From: Alloascoidea hylecoeti
Lineage: Eukaryota
Direction: 5' to 3'
Length of the DNA stretch: 64,000 nucleotides
NCBI GenBank assembly: GCA_001600815.1
Contig: BCKZ01000016.1
Coordinates: forward strand, 299,077 to 363,076
A program made the translations under genes and the position numbers. Below the pieces are notes generated by a model. The model was not told where the DNA came from. It did no database searches and saw nothing but the letters and a program-made list of their open reading frames with translations. Shown piece by piece: positions 11,558-24,384 of this stretch. The stretch's first letter is position 1; the number at the start of each line of letters is the position of its first letter.

Positions 11558-13590
11558 TTAATCTTCTTTAATGGCTCCATATATTTTGTATACGAATAAA
11601 CTTGTAGCAAGATGGCCAATAGAACCGGTAATTAATCCAATTCCAATACAGATCATTGCGCTATAGCCCATGAAAATCAATACTGAAACAAGACCTTCAA
11701 TCTGAAGATTTGTACAGAAATAATATATTGAATACCCAAATATCCACCATCCTGTACCCGTACTAATCCAAAATGACCTCCAGGGCCATCTATGATCCTC
11801 GTGACTCAATTGAAAGTATATTAATACAATGCTAGTTTCAATAACCGTAATAATAAGGACAAAAACAACCGCCAAAAAAAATCCATACATATAATAGAAG
11901 GATGTTTTGTCGTTCCACATAGCATTGAAAATGAAAATTAGTTCTACAAATATAACCAAAAATGGAGGAATCCCTCCAATTACTATTAGAAGCGGAGTTT
12001 TTAGATACCATTTTTGATTCGGAATCCAGCGTGCTATAGAAGTTGGTTTTGACGGAACGTCCATTGGCTTATGTTTGTATCCTTGATAGAAACCAATATA
12101 TACTAGTGGTAATGATATTAATAACCAAATGGCTAATAATGCAATAATCGAACCAAATGGAACAGCAGAAGATGATGACTTATGCCAGACAAAAAGGTTT
12201 AATATCATAAAAATTGAGAAAAATATCCCAGGGACAAGACTGGCCGTGAGCCAGACTGTTCGTTTGCGCCCCGGCATTGCCTTGGCCGTACTTGTAGCTA
12301 ATGTGGATAAAAACGGGGATCTAGGTATTGTGCCTTGAAAATCTCTTAATCTTCTAGCGCTGACATATCCAGATATTATACCCGCAAATGCAAATGAGAA
12401 GATGCCAAAACTTTGTAATCCTCCTCTATTAGTAGGGTTCAGTATCCCAATACTAGATAATATTATGACTGATATGGTCATTGTTATCAGTTGAACTCCT
12501 GAACCTATTAGAGCGGCAAATAACGGTAAATTAGATGGTGTACGAAATACATCTTTTGTTAATAATTTCCATCTTGATATATTATCAAAGAGATCTTTAT
12601 TAGACTCTAACAAATCAGATTCGTCTATCGTATTATAGTTCGAAATATCTCGATATAGTGTCCGCCCTAAAACTACACCAACTATTACAGCCAAAAATGA
12701 GGCAATAGCCAATGAATTGATTATCGAAAGCCAATGAGCATGATTTGTCCTTTCATCATCAAGATAATATAGTTTCCAGCGATCTTCATACGCCATATCA
12801 CTTTCCTCTCTCCAATATACAGAATAAGTAAAAGGAATAGTAATTTCTAAATTTGATGAGAGGGGATCCATGACAAGACCAAGTGGTTTAGATTTCAATT
12901 TTAGATTGGAATTAATGCATTTATAGTCCGAAATTGATTTAGGATAAACTTCAAATCCAACAATATAATATCTCCCGCTATAATATGGATCCTCATTATA
13001 TCTGAGAACTAATTGAAGATGATTATAAACAAATTGAACACCATTTTTTTCGTAACCAAGAGGAAAGCCTGCAACATAATATTTTTTCGATTTGTCTGGA
13101 GATAGGTAAGAAGTTGCACCTGGTAAATCATCCACAAACCACTCAGCATTATATTTCTGATGAATTAGTCGAGCTAGCTTGTTTATTGCCTTTTTGTCGA
13201 GGGATTTTGTGCAGAGCTGTTGACATGAATTGTCGTGTTTGAATTCCAACTTGTGGTTTGACAACGAGACTCTATCACCCCGCAAGATCTCTCCTATATT
13301 TAGACTCAGATAATTCCTAGAACCATCGGGGACATTGCAAAAAAATGGAAGTTCACTAAAGGCATACGGCAGTCGGGTGGAATCTGAGGTGACCTTGTTT
13401 GTGAATAGTGGTACTGTTTCCCCTTCTGAATAAGTCCAGCGCGACCATCCTACAATAATGAATATTCTTATTACTCAAGCCAAATACACAAAGACAAACA
13501 CAACGTACCTGGAATGTGGACAGCCTGTACTACCCCAAAGAGCAGCAGTATGACGATACCTGTTAGAGGAGGAAACTTAAAGGTTGACAT
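11558..13590 (-). CDS. TMN3: Nonaspanin / TM9SF (EMP70 family), Tmn3-like (2 exons)
   Basis: Exon 1 13590-13509 (signal peptide ...VHIPG); intron 13508-13450 (GTACGT..TAG); exon 2 13449-11558 (WS..VPLFTNKVTSD..LPYAFSELPFFC). Motifs WFVDDLPG, HWLSIINS, WKLLTKDVFRTP and C-terminal IYGAIKED (KxD/E). Confidence 0.88.
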
Positions 13591-13824
13591 TTTACTGAAA
13601 TATCAAATATATCCATGTAGGTAATAATTGTTCGGGGCATTAGGATTATGCTTTATGCTTAATGAGGTTATTTGAGGGATGGGGTCACCTGATAGGTCCC
13701 GAGTGTTTGAAGCCCAAACTCCCGGAACCCTCCCTTAGTGGAAACAACACAAACAAAACAAAACGGAAAAGGGCATTTCAATATACTTTTTGATCTTGTT
13801 GAAATTCCCCCAAAGCTATCAAAA

Positions 13825-15894
13825 ATGGCGGCTCTTGTGCCGAATATGGCCCCTGGCTCACAGGAATACGTTATACAGCACTTGCAAAAAATCATATGGT
13901 ACTCCTTGGACAATAACCTCCTGTCAAATGCGCTTTTCACTGTGGAAAGGTTGATGGCTATAGATTCCACGAATAACACAAGACATCTGTATGGTCTGGT
14001 GCTGCTACGTGTAGGTCGATATAAATCTGCTTTCAATGCGACTGCCAATATAGAGCATGAAGGTTGTGTCTATGTTTTCGCCCAGGCTGCACTAGAATTA
14101 AAGTTGGAGAATGAAGGTATAGAGGCTTTACGACGTTTTACTCTACTCTCTGCTTTTGACACAAATCAAAATCAAAAGGATAATGAGAGGCATGTTCTGC
14201 CGGATCCTGCTGCCTGTCAATGCTTACTAGGGAAATTGTATCGTGCAATAGGTGATATTAAGGAAGCATCTATTTGTCACACTACAGCTCTCAAGCTCAA
14301 CCCATACCTTTGGGAATCCTTCGAAGAGTTGTGCAATATGGGAGTAAATGTCAGAGTTAAGTCATTATTCAAAAATACAAGTGCCTTGATGGCTGATAGT
14401 TTGTTTTCTATCCCAAACTCAAGTTCTCAAAATGCTAAGGCATCTCCTCATAATTCAGCTTCAACAACGATAACAAGAAATCTAAGGTCAAGTTCGCGTC
14501 TTAATCACACTGTTACTGATGCGACACCAACAGTACCATTTAGATCTTCATCTAGCCTAATATCTCGTAGTGTGGGGGCAGATTCAACACCTCTAATAGG
14601 TAAAAAATCAGGTGATCAGTTTAACCCAGATTCTTTCAAGACACCAAAATTTAATAAACCAATATACCCCGATGCTCCAGCTAGAAGAGCAGCACGTGCT
14701 ACTACTTTCCATAATGACTCTTTTAAATCATCACAAGTTCCAGAAAGTGGTGCTAAAAGGGCTTCTCGATTTTTAGCTTCTAAAGTGCAGCCTCGATTAT
14801 CTTCAACATCTAATCAAAGCTCGAATGGCACAACGGGTAAAGACTCATTAATACAACGAAAAGGAAAACTTAGGAAAGCAAATAATACTGAATCCACTTC
14901 CAGAGAGCATGGAATACAATATATTACAAATTTATACTCATTGATTTGTCGGGGTTATAGAGCAATGTGTCGATACGACTGCTATACGGCTTTAAGGATA
15001 TTTAATGAATTACCCGAATCTCATAGAGAAACTACGTGGGTGTTGGGTAAAATTGGAAGACTACAATTTGAAACGGTAAATTATTCGGATGCAGAGGAGA
15101 CATTTAGAAAATTACATGCTATGGATAGAACAAGATTAGAGGACATGGAATACTATTCAACTTTATTATGGCATTTACATAAAGATATTCAGTTAAGTTA
15201 CCTGGCTCATGAATTAGCTGACGTAGATAAGAAAGCACCACAGACGTGGTGTGCACTAGGTAATTCATATTCATTACAAAGAGATACAGATCAAGCTTTA
15301 CGGTGTTTTAAGAGGGCAATTCAATTGGATCCCAATTTCGCTTACGCCCACACTTTACAAGGCCATGAATACGTTGCCACTGATGCTTTTGAAAACTCGT
15401 TGGACTCCTTCAGATCAGCTTTACTTGTTGATAAACGACACTATAATGCCTTGTATGGTATTGGAATGGTACATTTAAAACTAGGTGATGTTTCAAAAGC
15501 TGAATACTTCTTCAGAAGAGCATGTGAAATTAATCCAATAAATGTTGTCCTAATTTGTTGTGTTGGTATGGTATTGGAGCGTCTTGGTAAACGAGAGGAA
15601 GCATTACAAGAATATGAACAAGCTTGTAAACTTCAACCGAATAGCGCTTTGTCAAGATTCAAGAGGGGACACTTATTGGTATCAATGCAGCAATATACTA
15701 GAGCGTTGACAGAATTTGAAGAATTACAGCAATTAGCACCTGACGAAGCTAGTGTTCACTTCCTGCTTGGACAATTATACAAATATTTTAAGAACAAAGA
15801 TGCTTCTGTTAAACAGTTTACGATCGCACTAGAACTGGATCCAAAGGGTAGCCATTTAATAAAAGAAGCCATGGAAGGGATGTCTGAGTTGTAA
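13825..15894 (+). CDS. CDC27: Anaphase-promoting complex TPR subunit Cdc27/Apc3
   Basis: ATG at 13825 in AAAAATG context. N-terminal IIWYSLDNNLLSNALFTVERL, disordered middle, then TPR block RLEDMEYYSTLLWHL, PQTWCALGNSYSLQRD, FAYAHTLQGHE, RHYNALYGIG. Confidence 0.93.
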   Translation: MAALVPNMAPGSQEYVIQHLQKIIWYSLDNNLLSNALFTVERLMAIDSTNNTRHLYGLVLLRVGRYKSAFNATANIEHEGCVYVFAQAALELKLENEGIEALRRFTLLSAFDTNQNQKDNERHVLPDPAACQCLLGKLYRAIGDIKEASICHTTALKLNPYLWESFEELCNMGVNVRVKSLFKNTSALMADSLFSIPNSSSQNAKASPHNSASTTITRNLRSSSRLNHTVTDATPTVPFRSSSSLISRSVGADSTPLIGKKSGDQFNPDSFKTPKFNKPIYPDAPARRAARATTFHNDSFKSSQVPESGAKRASRFLASKVQPRLSSTSNQSSNGTTGKDSLIQRKGKLRKANNTESTSREHGIQYITNLYSLICRGYRAMCRYDCYTALRIFNELPESHRETTWVLGKIGRLQFETVNYSDAEETFRKLHAMDRTRLEDMEYYSTLLWHLHKDIQLSYLAHELADVDKKAPQTWCALGNSYSLQRDTDQALRCFKRAIQLDPNFAYAHTLQGHEYVATDAFENSLDSFRSALLVDKRHYNALYGIGMVHLKLGDVSKAEYFFRRACEINPINVVLICCVGMVLERLGKREEALQEYEQACKLQPNSALSRFKRGHLLVSMQQYTRALTEFEELQQLAPDEASVHFLLGQLYKYFKNKDASVKQFTIALELDPKGSHLIKEAMEGMSEL

Positions 15895-16669
15895 AATTAA
15901 ACTTATTTGTAGCATATAACTTTTATGTTGCTACTTTAAATTTATTTGTGCGTGTACATTATAGTTTGGTTTACAATACTCTTTTTGTCTTTTATTATAT
16001 ATTTAAATTTGCATAGAAATTTCACACCCTATAGCTATTATAACCATATAATATATAACATCGATATCCTATCTAGAGCTATGGATGAAAAATAATAAAA
16101 GATTTTAGGTCAGTGTATGCCTAATATCACCAATTGCAATAATAAAAAATCGTTATAATGTGTTTATATGATGAGAATAATAAATTTATTAGCTGATATG
16201 AGAAGCTCTATAGGAAAACATAAATTCAGAAAGCAATTAAATCAGATACCAAGATTAAAATAAATAAGCGATCTTAAATTCAAGAAACGAAATATTTCAA
16301 ACCTTAAAAAATTATTAAAAAAATCAAATATATCATATTATCATCTGGATATATATTCAAAAATATCAGTTTAGTAATGTATTATAAGACAAAAACATCA
16401 AACAAAAAAACGGAAATCACATTCAACCTTTTGTTTATTACATTCAAAAAACAAATGCACAGAACACAGAATGCGATATTATAAAGGGGTAAAAAATCAG
16501 AACTAAAATGAAAATAAAAGTTGATAGATATAACAAGGGACATACACCGGAAATATATTTATTATCATGAAGAATAGTCAAAACCATAAAGGATGAGAAA
16601 TACTATGAGGCGAAGATAACAACCAATATTAATATAGGCAGATTGTCCATTAGGTTTTGAAATCATTAT

Positions 16670-19600
16670 TTATAATCTCTTGCCTAGAGCTCCTGCTTGG
16701 ATCATTGAAGGATCTGTTACTTCGAAGTTATAAGATTCACTTTTCGTTAGATTCGGTTTTAGTTTAGTAGTACTCGCCAATGGCTGGGTATGCGAATCGA
16801 AATACCCACCTAGTGATGCATTGGAGAAATCGCTAGTAGTATTAGCATGTCCAAAATTGCTGCTCGGAGTAGGTCCTGAAGTCGAAGAGGAAGATGTACT
16901 ATGCGTCTGGAAAGAATTAACAGATGTAGAGCCTGCTGGTGATAATGAAGTTCCAAAAGAACTATTACCAATTGAACTATATTCATTCATGTGGAAACCT
17001 TTAGATAATTGTGCATGTTGTGCTTCTTCTCTAGCTTTTTGGTTCTCCCGTGCTTTTGCTAGGAGATCTTGCGCTTTTTTTAATGGTACAGTTGGAGTTA
17101 CACATGAGGAAGTCACTGGAACAGAGTCATCAATATCAATTGTAGCCTTCATTAAATGAGCCATCCATCCTCTCATCTCTTCCTGTGTTTCAACGGCAAA
17201 ATAATGAACTTTTGGTGCTGTAAATGCTACACCTTTCTTAAACCCGGGAGCTGGTGGAATTAGCTTGAAACAAAATCGCCCTTGCCCCACACTTGCTGCA
17301 TATAGCGAAACGAATTTATCGTCTTCTCGGGCAGGCATAACTCGATGGCCAATGATATCAATGAGTCCCTTTTCTCTTGTATCTTTCATCGATGCAAAAT
17401 AAGACAATCGTGTTCCATTCAAAATAAAGAACCTACTTCTCCACGTACCCAATTTCATATTTCCTCTCTTGTTCATCCATCCCGAGAAGTCTGCCGTTTT
17501 CGTAGCTGCTTCTGGTGTAATTTCTCTAATACCTTCTTGAAATGCTGAAGTCTGGGATTTAACCTTTTTCGATAGGGCTTTAAGATTAGTACTAGAAGCT
17601 GTCTGTAATTTTTTCAATTGGAATTCTCTCTCTTTATCTTCCTCATCTTTTTCCTTACTTCCTAATTTTTCCTTTTCACTGTTAATCTTATCTTTGTTCT
17701 TATCCTTAGGTTTTTTATCCTTACTTTTATGTTTTTCTGTAACAGCACGTCTAAATTTTCTACTTCCTTTTGTTTTAATATTAGTGTTGCTCACACTTCC
17801 CTGACGTGATAAAGAATGTAAAGATTCTTCCTGATAATCTTGGGCTTCATTTTTCAGAATAGTGCTATCACTTTCTAGATCTTTTGATATTGAAAAAGAA
17901 ATAATACTTGCCCTTCTTCCTTCAGAATTTAATGATGGACCATCAAATCCCAATTCCTTAAACTCTTTTAAGATACTATCCTGTACATTCGAGTTTGATC
18001 GTAAATGATAATCGTCAGAAACTAATCGTTCATGGAAATTTGTTTTTATTTTAAGATCTGAAAATTCTTTACCTAATTTCTTAAGAGTTTCTGGGTTTGG
18101 TTTAGGGGGCGATTGAAAAGCAGGATTATGAAATAATGGTTGACTAGAGGGTGAATTATTAATATTATTGGTATTATTTTGAGAAGAAGGTCCGTGGGAA
18201 CTCCCGAATGCAAAATCGGGCCGCACATTATAATTGTCGCGCTGAAAACCATTCGTTTCGGGGTAAGAAGCTAAAGGTGTAGTCCCATTTTCATTGAAGT
18301 TACTTAAATTATTATGCTGATAATTTGAAGGCTTGAAATTTTGATTAGACTTCTTTTGTGCTTGCGACGCAGATCTCGATCTCTCTAACACTTTTTGTTT
18401 CTCAAATTCAGCTGGATATTCTATATAATCTAAGTCATTTTGGACAGAAGGTTCCGACCCTGGTTGGCGAGAAATGAATGTTGTGGCTTTTTTGGGTTGT
18501 GTAAAATAATTATCGGTATTTCCCTGTTGAGACACGAGACCTGTTAAGGAACGCGATCGTCTTCGTGAGTGTCCGACATGTGAATTTGGTGGAGATCGTG
18601 ATATTTGCTCTTGAGTAAACTGAGAGGTCATTGGAGATGGATGGTATATTGTCATTGAATCTTTTTCTTGTATTAAGTCATCTAACTCTTGTGATATGCG
18701 CCTCCACACTATTTGAGAAGAAGGTGAATTATCAGCTGGAAGTTGAGTTAAAGGGGCAGAATGAGTGTTATCACGAAAATTAGGTGACATATGATCAGTG
18801 GTAGTGACATTGGGAGATGATGTTCTATGGGTATTCATAGAAAGCATGGCGTCTTTCAATGCAGTAATTTCCTTGAATATTTCAAACCTCGTGCCAAAAG
18901 TTGTAATTTCTATCTCTTTCAAATCAGATAACTGAAGTTCTAATAATATAGGACCAGTGATTTTATGGATCGAAAATTTGCTTGCAACTTTTTTGTTAAA
19001 GCCTCGAACCAAAAAGAAGTTTTCAACTTCTTCTGGAGACCAGTTTATTACGTCCAAATCTATCTCCTCTTCTTCATCTGTTGAATCGTCGTCGTTATTG
19101 TTATTGTTTTTGTTTGTGATTTGTTCCTCGTTTATGAATTCGCCGTTAAGTTCATACAACGCCTGGTTAATATCTGAAAAAGTTTGGCCAAAGGAAGACG
19201 AATGTTCATATTGTGGTTTATTATTAAAGTTTTCGTATTGGTTATAATTAATCTGATTTGATGGAACTGGGGGTATGTTTTGCACATTCTGTATCTTTTT
19301 TGTGCTTTTATTTCGTTTTGGAGTTTTGGGAATTATTGCTGCATCTGTGCCTGAATCATTAGTGCTATTTGTTTTGGTGGAAGATCTGGTGGAGGGCTTT
19401 TCAAAAGCGTCTGGCGAGACAGGGGAGGTATACGATTTAGGAAAAAGGCCTATTTGGTTGGTAGACAAATTTCGGCCCTAAACAGTAGTTAGTGGGCTTG
19501 TACCTCAGAGCAATTGGCATATAATATATGAAGTTAGAGATTCAGGAACATACAGTATACCAGCCATCATTATAGTCCTTATCGTCGGAGACTACCTCTA

Positions 19601-19676
19601 TCGTGTCGCCCTGTTGAAGGGAAATCTCGTCACCTAGACGGGCCACGAAGGCCTTTATGGCGACCAGCTGGGACAT
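16670..19676 (-). CDS. BOI1: SH3-SAM-PH polarity scaffold, Boi1/Boi2/Pob1 family (2 exons)
   Basis: Exon 1 19676-19554 gives SH3 start (MSQLVAIKAFVARLGDEISLQQGDTIEVVSDDKDYNDGWYT); intron 19553-19478; exon 2 begins GRNLSTNQIGLFPKSY. SAM (WSPEEV..HKITGPILLEL..FGTRFEIFKEI) and PH (SGWMNKRG..WRSRFFILNGTRLSYF..EMRGWMAHLMKAT) domains follow. Confidence 0.92.
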
Positions 19677-19815
19677 GTTGGGATGGGATATCGATGGGGT
19701 TGTGGGCTAGCTAGAAGGTTTCACTATTTTACTATATGAGGCCAAAAATGGTATGCCACGCCCCGTATCCCACTTATACCTCCACACACTCGTTTGAGAA
19801 GCAAGGCGTATATGT

Positions 19816-19980
19816 CCGGGTAATGTGTGGTGCGCACGTGTGTGGTGCTTAGTAAGATCTGATGGGCAGTTGACTCAGCAGTCGGTTTTCCCACTGCTAT
19901 CAAACAACCCTAATTGTTCTGAACATTGAATGAACTTACTTACTTACTTATCAGATCGTGACACTGGTCGCAATCTTATC
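19816..19980. promoter_or_regulatory. Candidate regulatory sites in the BOI/UGA4 divergent promoter: Reb1-like CCGGGTAA, E-box CACGTG, Gcn4/AP-1 TGACTCA, two GATAAG sites
   Basis: CCGGGTAA at ~19816, CACGTG at ~19835, TGACTCA at 19871-19877, CTTATC at 19947-19952 and 19975-19980. These fit amino-acid and nitrogen control of a GABA permease. Function is inferred only. Confidence 0.5.
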
Positions 19981-20468
19981 AAATGCTGCGATTGTCAAAT
20001 ACTGTGATTGCCGATGTATTTGATTAATTTTTATTTGTGTGTAGGGCATCATTATATTATGGAATCTACTGTTGAACGACAAAAGCATCAAGATACGTGA
20101 TGCTGCTGTGCACATACAGAAAACGATAATAGCCGCTTCCAGTATTAATGCTGATATTATAACGTAGAGCGGTTATTCTCGAAGCGACCGCTCCGCATAC
20201 CAAGCTCTCTTGTGAAAGCTTATTGTGTCTCGCCGAGAAATTTGTAACGTAGTGGATCTTCGGCACAGCATGTCTGCATATATCATTGCAGGCTTTTCGC
20301 AGCTGTACTTTTCTACTTTATCTCCTCATATCATGCATATGCATTGAAAGATTATAGTCCTTGATTATACTCCCTGCTCCGTACACGTACATATACTCAC
20401 TATATAAGATCCTAAGCTTTTCTCCTTTTTACAACTTACCATCGTGTCCGGATCTGTTTCTCTCTACA

Positions 20469-22115
20469 ATGTCAGCACGAGTCTCAGAAGAAAATAAACA
20501 TGTCAATGAGAAGCCATTCTCGCCCGATCAAGAAATTGGTGTGGTCACCTCTACTACGATTGGGGAAATCAACGCAAGAACTGCCCATGACGATAACGAA
20601 TTGTTAGCTGAGATAGGTTATAAACCGGAACTACGAAGACACTTTAGCACAATACAAGTATTCGGTGTTGCCTTTTCAATTATGGGTCTGTTGCCCAGTA
20701 TAGCTTCAACTCTAAGTCTTGGTCTAAATGCTGGCCCCGTGGGTATGGTTTGGGGTTGGTTTTGTTCAAGTTTTTTCATTCTATGTATTGGTATATCAAT
20801 GGCAGAATTAGGTTCATCCATTCCTACAAGTGGAGGTCTTTATTATTGGACTTATTACTTTGCCCCAGAAAGTATTCAAAAATCTTTATCATTTGTTATC
20901 GGCTATTCTAACAGTCTTGGTCTTATCAGTGGTCTATGTTCTATTGATTATGGTCTTGCTTCTTTGGTTTTATCTGCAGTTCGAATTAGTAACCCAGATT
21001 TCGAAGCTACAAACGGGAAATTATATGGTATCTTTGTTGCTTGTGTTGTTCTTCACGTTGTTGTTACCTCAATAGCTTCAGGATTTGTTTCCAGATTACA
21101 AACTACATCAATTATTGCCAACCTTGGCCTTATCTTGTTATTTATTATCGCCCTACCTGCTGGCACAGAACACCGTAATGATGGGGCATTTATATTTGGT
21201 CAATTGGATAATGCCACAAGTTGGAATAGTGGTTGGAATTTTATGCTATCATGGATGCCTGCTATTTGGACAATTGGTTCTTTTGATTCGTGTGTCCACA
21301 TGTCCGAAGAAGCAACAAACGCTGCAAAGGCTGTTCCATTTGGTATTATTACTTCCATTTCAGCATGTTGGATCCTAGGTTTCGTTATAATGATTGTTAT
21401 TGCTGCATGTATGTCAACTGATCTAGACCATATTTTAAATACTGATCTTGGTATGGCTATTGCTCAAATTATTTACGATAGTCTTGGTAAGAAATGGACT
21501 CTTGCATTTATGTCCCTAATGATTATATGTCAATTTTTAATGGGTGCTTCTATCTTGACAGGTGGTTCGAGACAAGTTTGGGCTTTCTCTAGAGATAATG
21601 GTCTTCCATTTTCTTTTTGGATTAAGAAAGTTCACAAAACTTTAAAAGTTCCATTACATGCTATTCAATTTGAAGCTATAATAGCTATTCTCATTGGCCT
21701 TTTATGTTTGATCGGTGAAGAAGCTTCTAGCGCTTTATTCTCATTGGCTGTCGCAAGTAATTACCTGGCTTGGGGTACACCAGTTCTCTGTAGAATGGTT
21801 TTTGCTAGAAAAACATTTATTCCTGGTCCATTCTATCTTGGTAAGGTATTCTCATTTATTGTAAATTGGATCACTATTATATGGATAATATTTGTTATTA
21901 TATTATGTATGTTCCCAGAAGAAAAGACTGTTGATAAGACATCAATGAACTATACTGTTGTTATTAATGGTGCTGTTTGGATTCTATCTCTTGTCTACTA
22001 TTTTGTCTACGCACATAAGATCTTTAATGGTCCTGTCAAGACTATTGAAGATATCACCCCAGAAGAAGTTGAAGAAGAATTTAAAAATAAACCTTCATCA
22101 ACCGAATCTTCCTAA
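20469..22115 (+). CDS. UGA4: GABA / amino-acid-polyamine permease (APC superfamily)
   Basis: ATG at 20469. Motifs LLAEIGYKPELRRHFSTIQVFGVAFSIMGLLPSIAS, SMAELGSSIPTSGGLYYW and SFDSCVHMSEEATNA; ~12 hydrophobic segments. Confidence 0.88.
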   Translation: MSARVSEENKHVNEKPFSPDQEIGVVTSTTIGEINARTAHDDNELLAEIGYKPELRRHFSTIQVFGVAFSIMGLLPSIASTLSLGLNAGPVGMVWGWFCSSFFILCIGISMAELGSSIPTSGGLYYWTYYFAPESIQKSLSFVIGYSNSLGLISGLCSIDYGLASLVLSAVRISNPDFEATNGKLYGIFVACVVLHVVVTSIASGFVSRLQTTSIIANLGLILLFIIALPAGTEHRNDGAFIFGQLDNATSWNSGWNFMLSWMPAIWTIGSFDSCVHMSEEATNAAKAVPFGIITSISACWILGFVIMIVIAACMSTDLDHILNTDLGMAIAQIIYDSLGKKWTLAFMSLMIICQFLMGASILTGGSRQVWAFSRDNGLPFSFWIKKVHKTLKVPLHAIQFEAIIAILIGLLCLIGEEASSALFSLAVASNYLAWGTPVLCRMVFARKTFIPGPFYLGKVFSFIVNWITIIWIIFVIILCMFPEEKTVDKTSMNYTVVINGAVWILSLVYYFVYAHKIFNGPVKTIEDITPEEVEEEFKNKPSSTESS

Positions 22116-24384
22116 ATTTTTAATTTTTATGGACATATTTATCATTTGCTTTTAAAGTTATATGTAGTTTATTTTGTCTTGCAGTTATAATTATTCATAC
22201 ATAAAATCTTATATTTATAAGATCACCATTGCAAGACTATATAATTAGTTTACATAGTTTTTTTTCAATATACATGAAGAACTTATTTTAATTTACATCG
22301 TAATACCATGTAGCTACATAACTATAGACTTCGTATAATTAGTTTACGATAATTCAGTGGTTGTAAGGTATAGCTATATTTTTAATCATGAATCAGACAT
22401 ACTTATATGGAATCTGGATTCGGGTTATACTTATTACTTAAGTTTATGTATGTGCCAATACAATTGCAAGATGTAAATTTAACCTATCAATTTCGTCATA
22501 TACTAGATAGTTGTATTTAAATACAATTATTCAGAGATATATGCGTCTGAAACCGAGCATTGATACAATAATGATTATAAATTGATAATATAATAAAGTT
22601 TATAACGCTGTGTCAGCCTACCAGGTGTGATAATATAAGTTTAGAATTCTATAAAGTTTTATATATAATTTGAAACTGGGCCATTTGGTGATCGATCGCT
22701 TGTCGACGATTCTGTCGTTTCAATTCCAATTTGGGTGCGTTATATTAATATTGCACATTGGTTATAAAAAATCAAACACCATCCAAAATTGATTTAGTAG
22801 AAGCTATAAGTGCAAGGTTTCATTTAAAGTTGATTAATTTTTCGATTTCTATTATGTATAGTTCCAGTTTACTTCTAGATATTTGAATTTAAGCGGCCGA
22901 TTAAAAAATAACCATGGCCGCCTAAAGGAAACCCCTTTAATTGTGATTCGTTGAACAACTTTTTAGTTAAAATTAAATGTATTAATATTATGATCTTTCT
23001 AGTTTCAACAATTACAATGTAAACTTCATTGTTAAGACCTTCTTCCCAAATCAAAAAAGAATTCACTCAATATTGAGTTCTAGAAGTCCAATATATGGCG
23101 TTGATGCCATGGATTATATTTTTCAATAATTTAAGTGGCATATGGATTCAAAATTCTAATCATAATATAATGTTTTTTTCTGTTAATGTTATAACTAACG
23201 AATGATTTTGATCCACATGCCGAAAATAATCTGAAACATTGTCGTGTTAAGTGTATCGTAATAAGAGACATACATATACTAAAAAATACTATGGTTGTAA
23301 TAATTGATATAATACCGATGATCTGACAAATACAGTTTAAATTAAATTAAATATTATAATTAAATAACGAGGCAATACTTGTATGTTAAAATTAAGCTGA
23401 TTATAGGGTTGAATTCTATATAATTACAGATGAGTATTAAACTTTTAATCTCAGAATAGCCAAAAACAAGAAGTTTAAATTTATAATTAAAGGTATTTTT
23501 TCTGATAGATAAATAAATGTGTAATTTAGATCAGCTTTTTATATTAGAAATGGACTAATATTCATAATACTGTATATCATAATATATAGTTTTAATGTGT
23601 TTAAATAATAGCAAGAAACATGCAAGTTTAAGCCAATCGCAAATAAAAGTAGAGCTCGAGGTATATAGGCCAATCTAAAATAAAGAGAGAAAACAATTAC
23701 TATCAAACAATTGATTGTTGATAAATAAGTGTACAGGAAGCATAAGTTTTAAATATACATGATCATCATACCTGATGAGATTTTCTCAAACAAATTCAAA
23801 CAAATTTAAAAAACATGATTTTTTTTTTTTAATGTAAGATGATACAAGAGTTAAACAAAAAGTAAGAGATATAAAAAACAACAAACCGTTATAAAACAGT
23901 AAGAAAATTAAAGACAAAACCAAGTAAAATCCAAAATATACCAAAGAATTACCGTAACAAAATGATTTTATAGTATTGCAATTAGCAGTAAGAATTTGAT
24001 ATAAAAACAGATGAAACAAAATAATATATATATACAATTAAGAAAATAATTTTCAAGCCGTGAAATCAAGATGGATATTTATCAAAATGGGAAAACAAAA
24101 AATGGATTATAATGATATAATAGGACATGAAGATAAAGAGTACCGATTAAACTTAATGATTCATATAAAATGCAATGCGTTTTATACTTCACCTCCATTC
24201 ACCAGGAAAATCTAACATTTTGTTTCAAGTTATTATACCAATATTAATGTGTGTGTGCAAAGAAAGAAATAGGGCCGTCAAATATTAACACTAAGAGTAT
24301 TGATTCATTATAATTTAATTAAATGATTAAAAAAGAATTGTTTGAGAAAATAAAAAGGGTATGACGAATGATAGTGTATATATA

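Noticed and set aside
19478..19553. Twin or recursive intron in BOI (two CTAAC motifs with an internal GAG|GTAC)
   Set aside because: The first branch motif is too close to the donor, the internal acceptor is GAG and the second unit would be only ~26 nt; a single 76-nt intron explains the frame.
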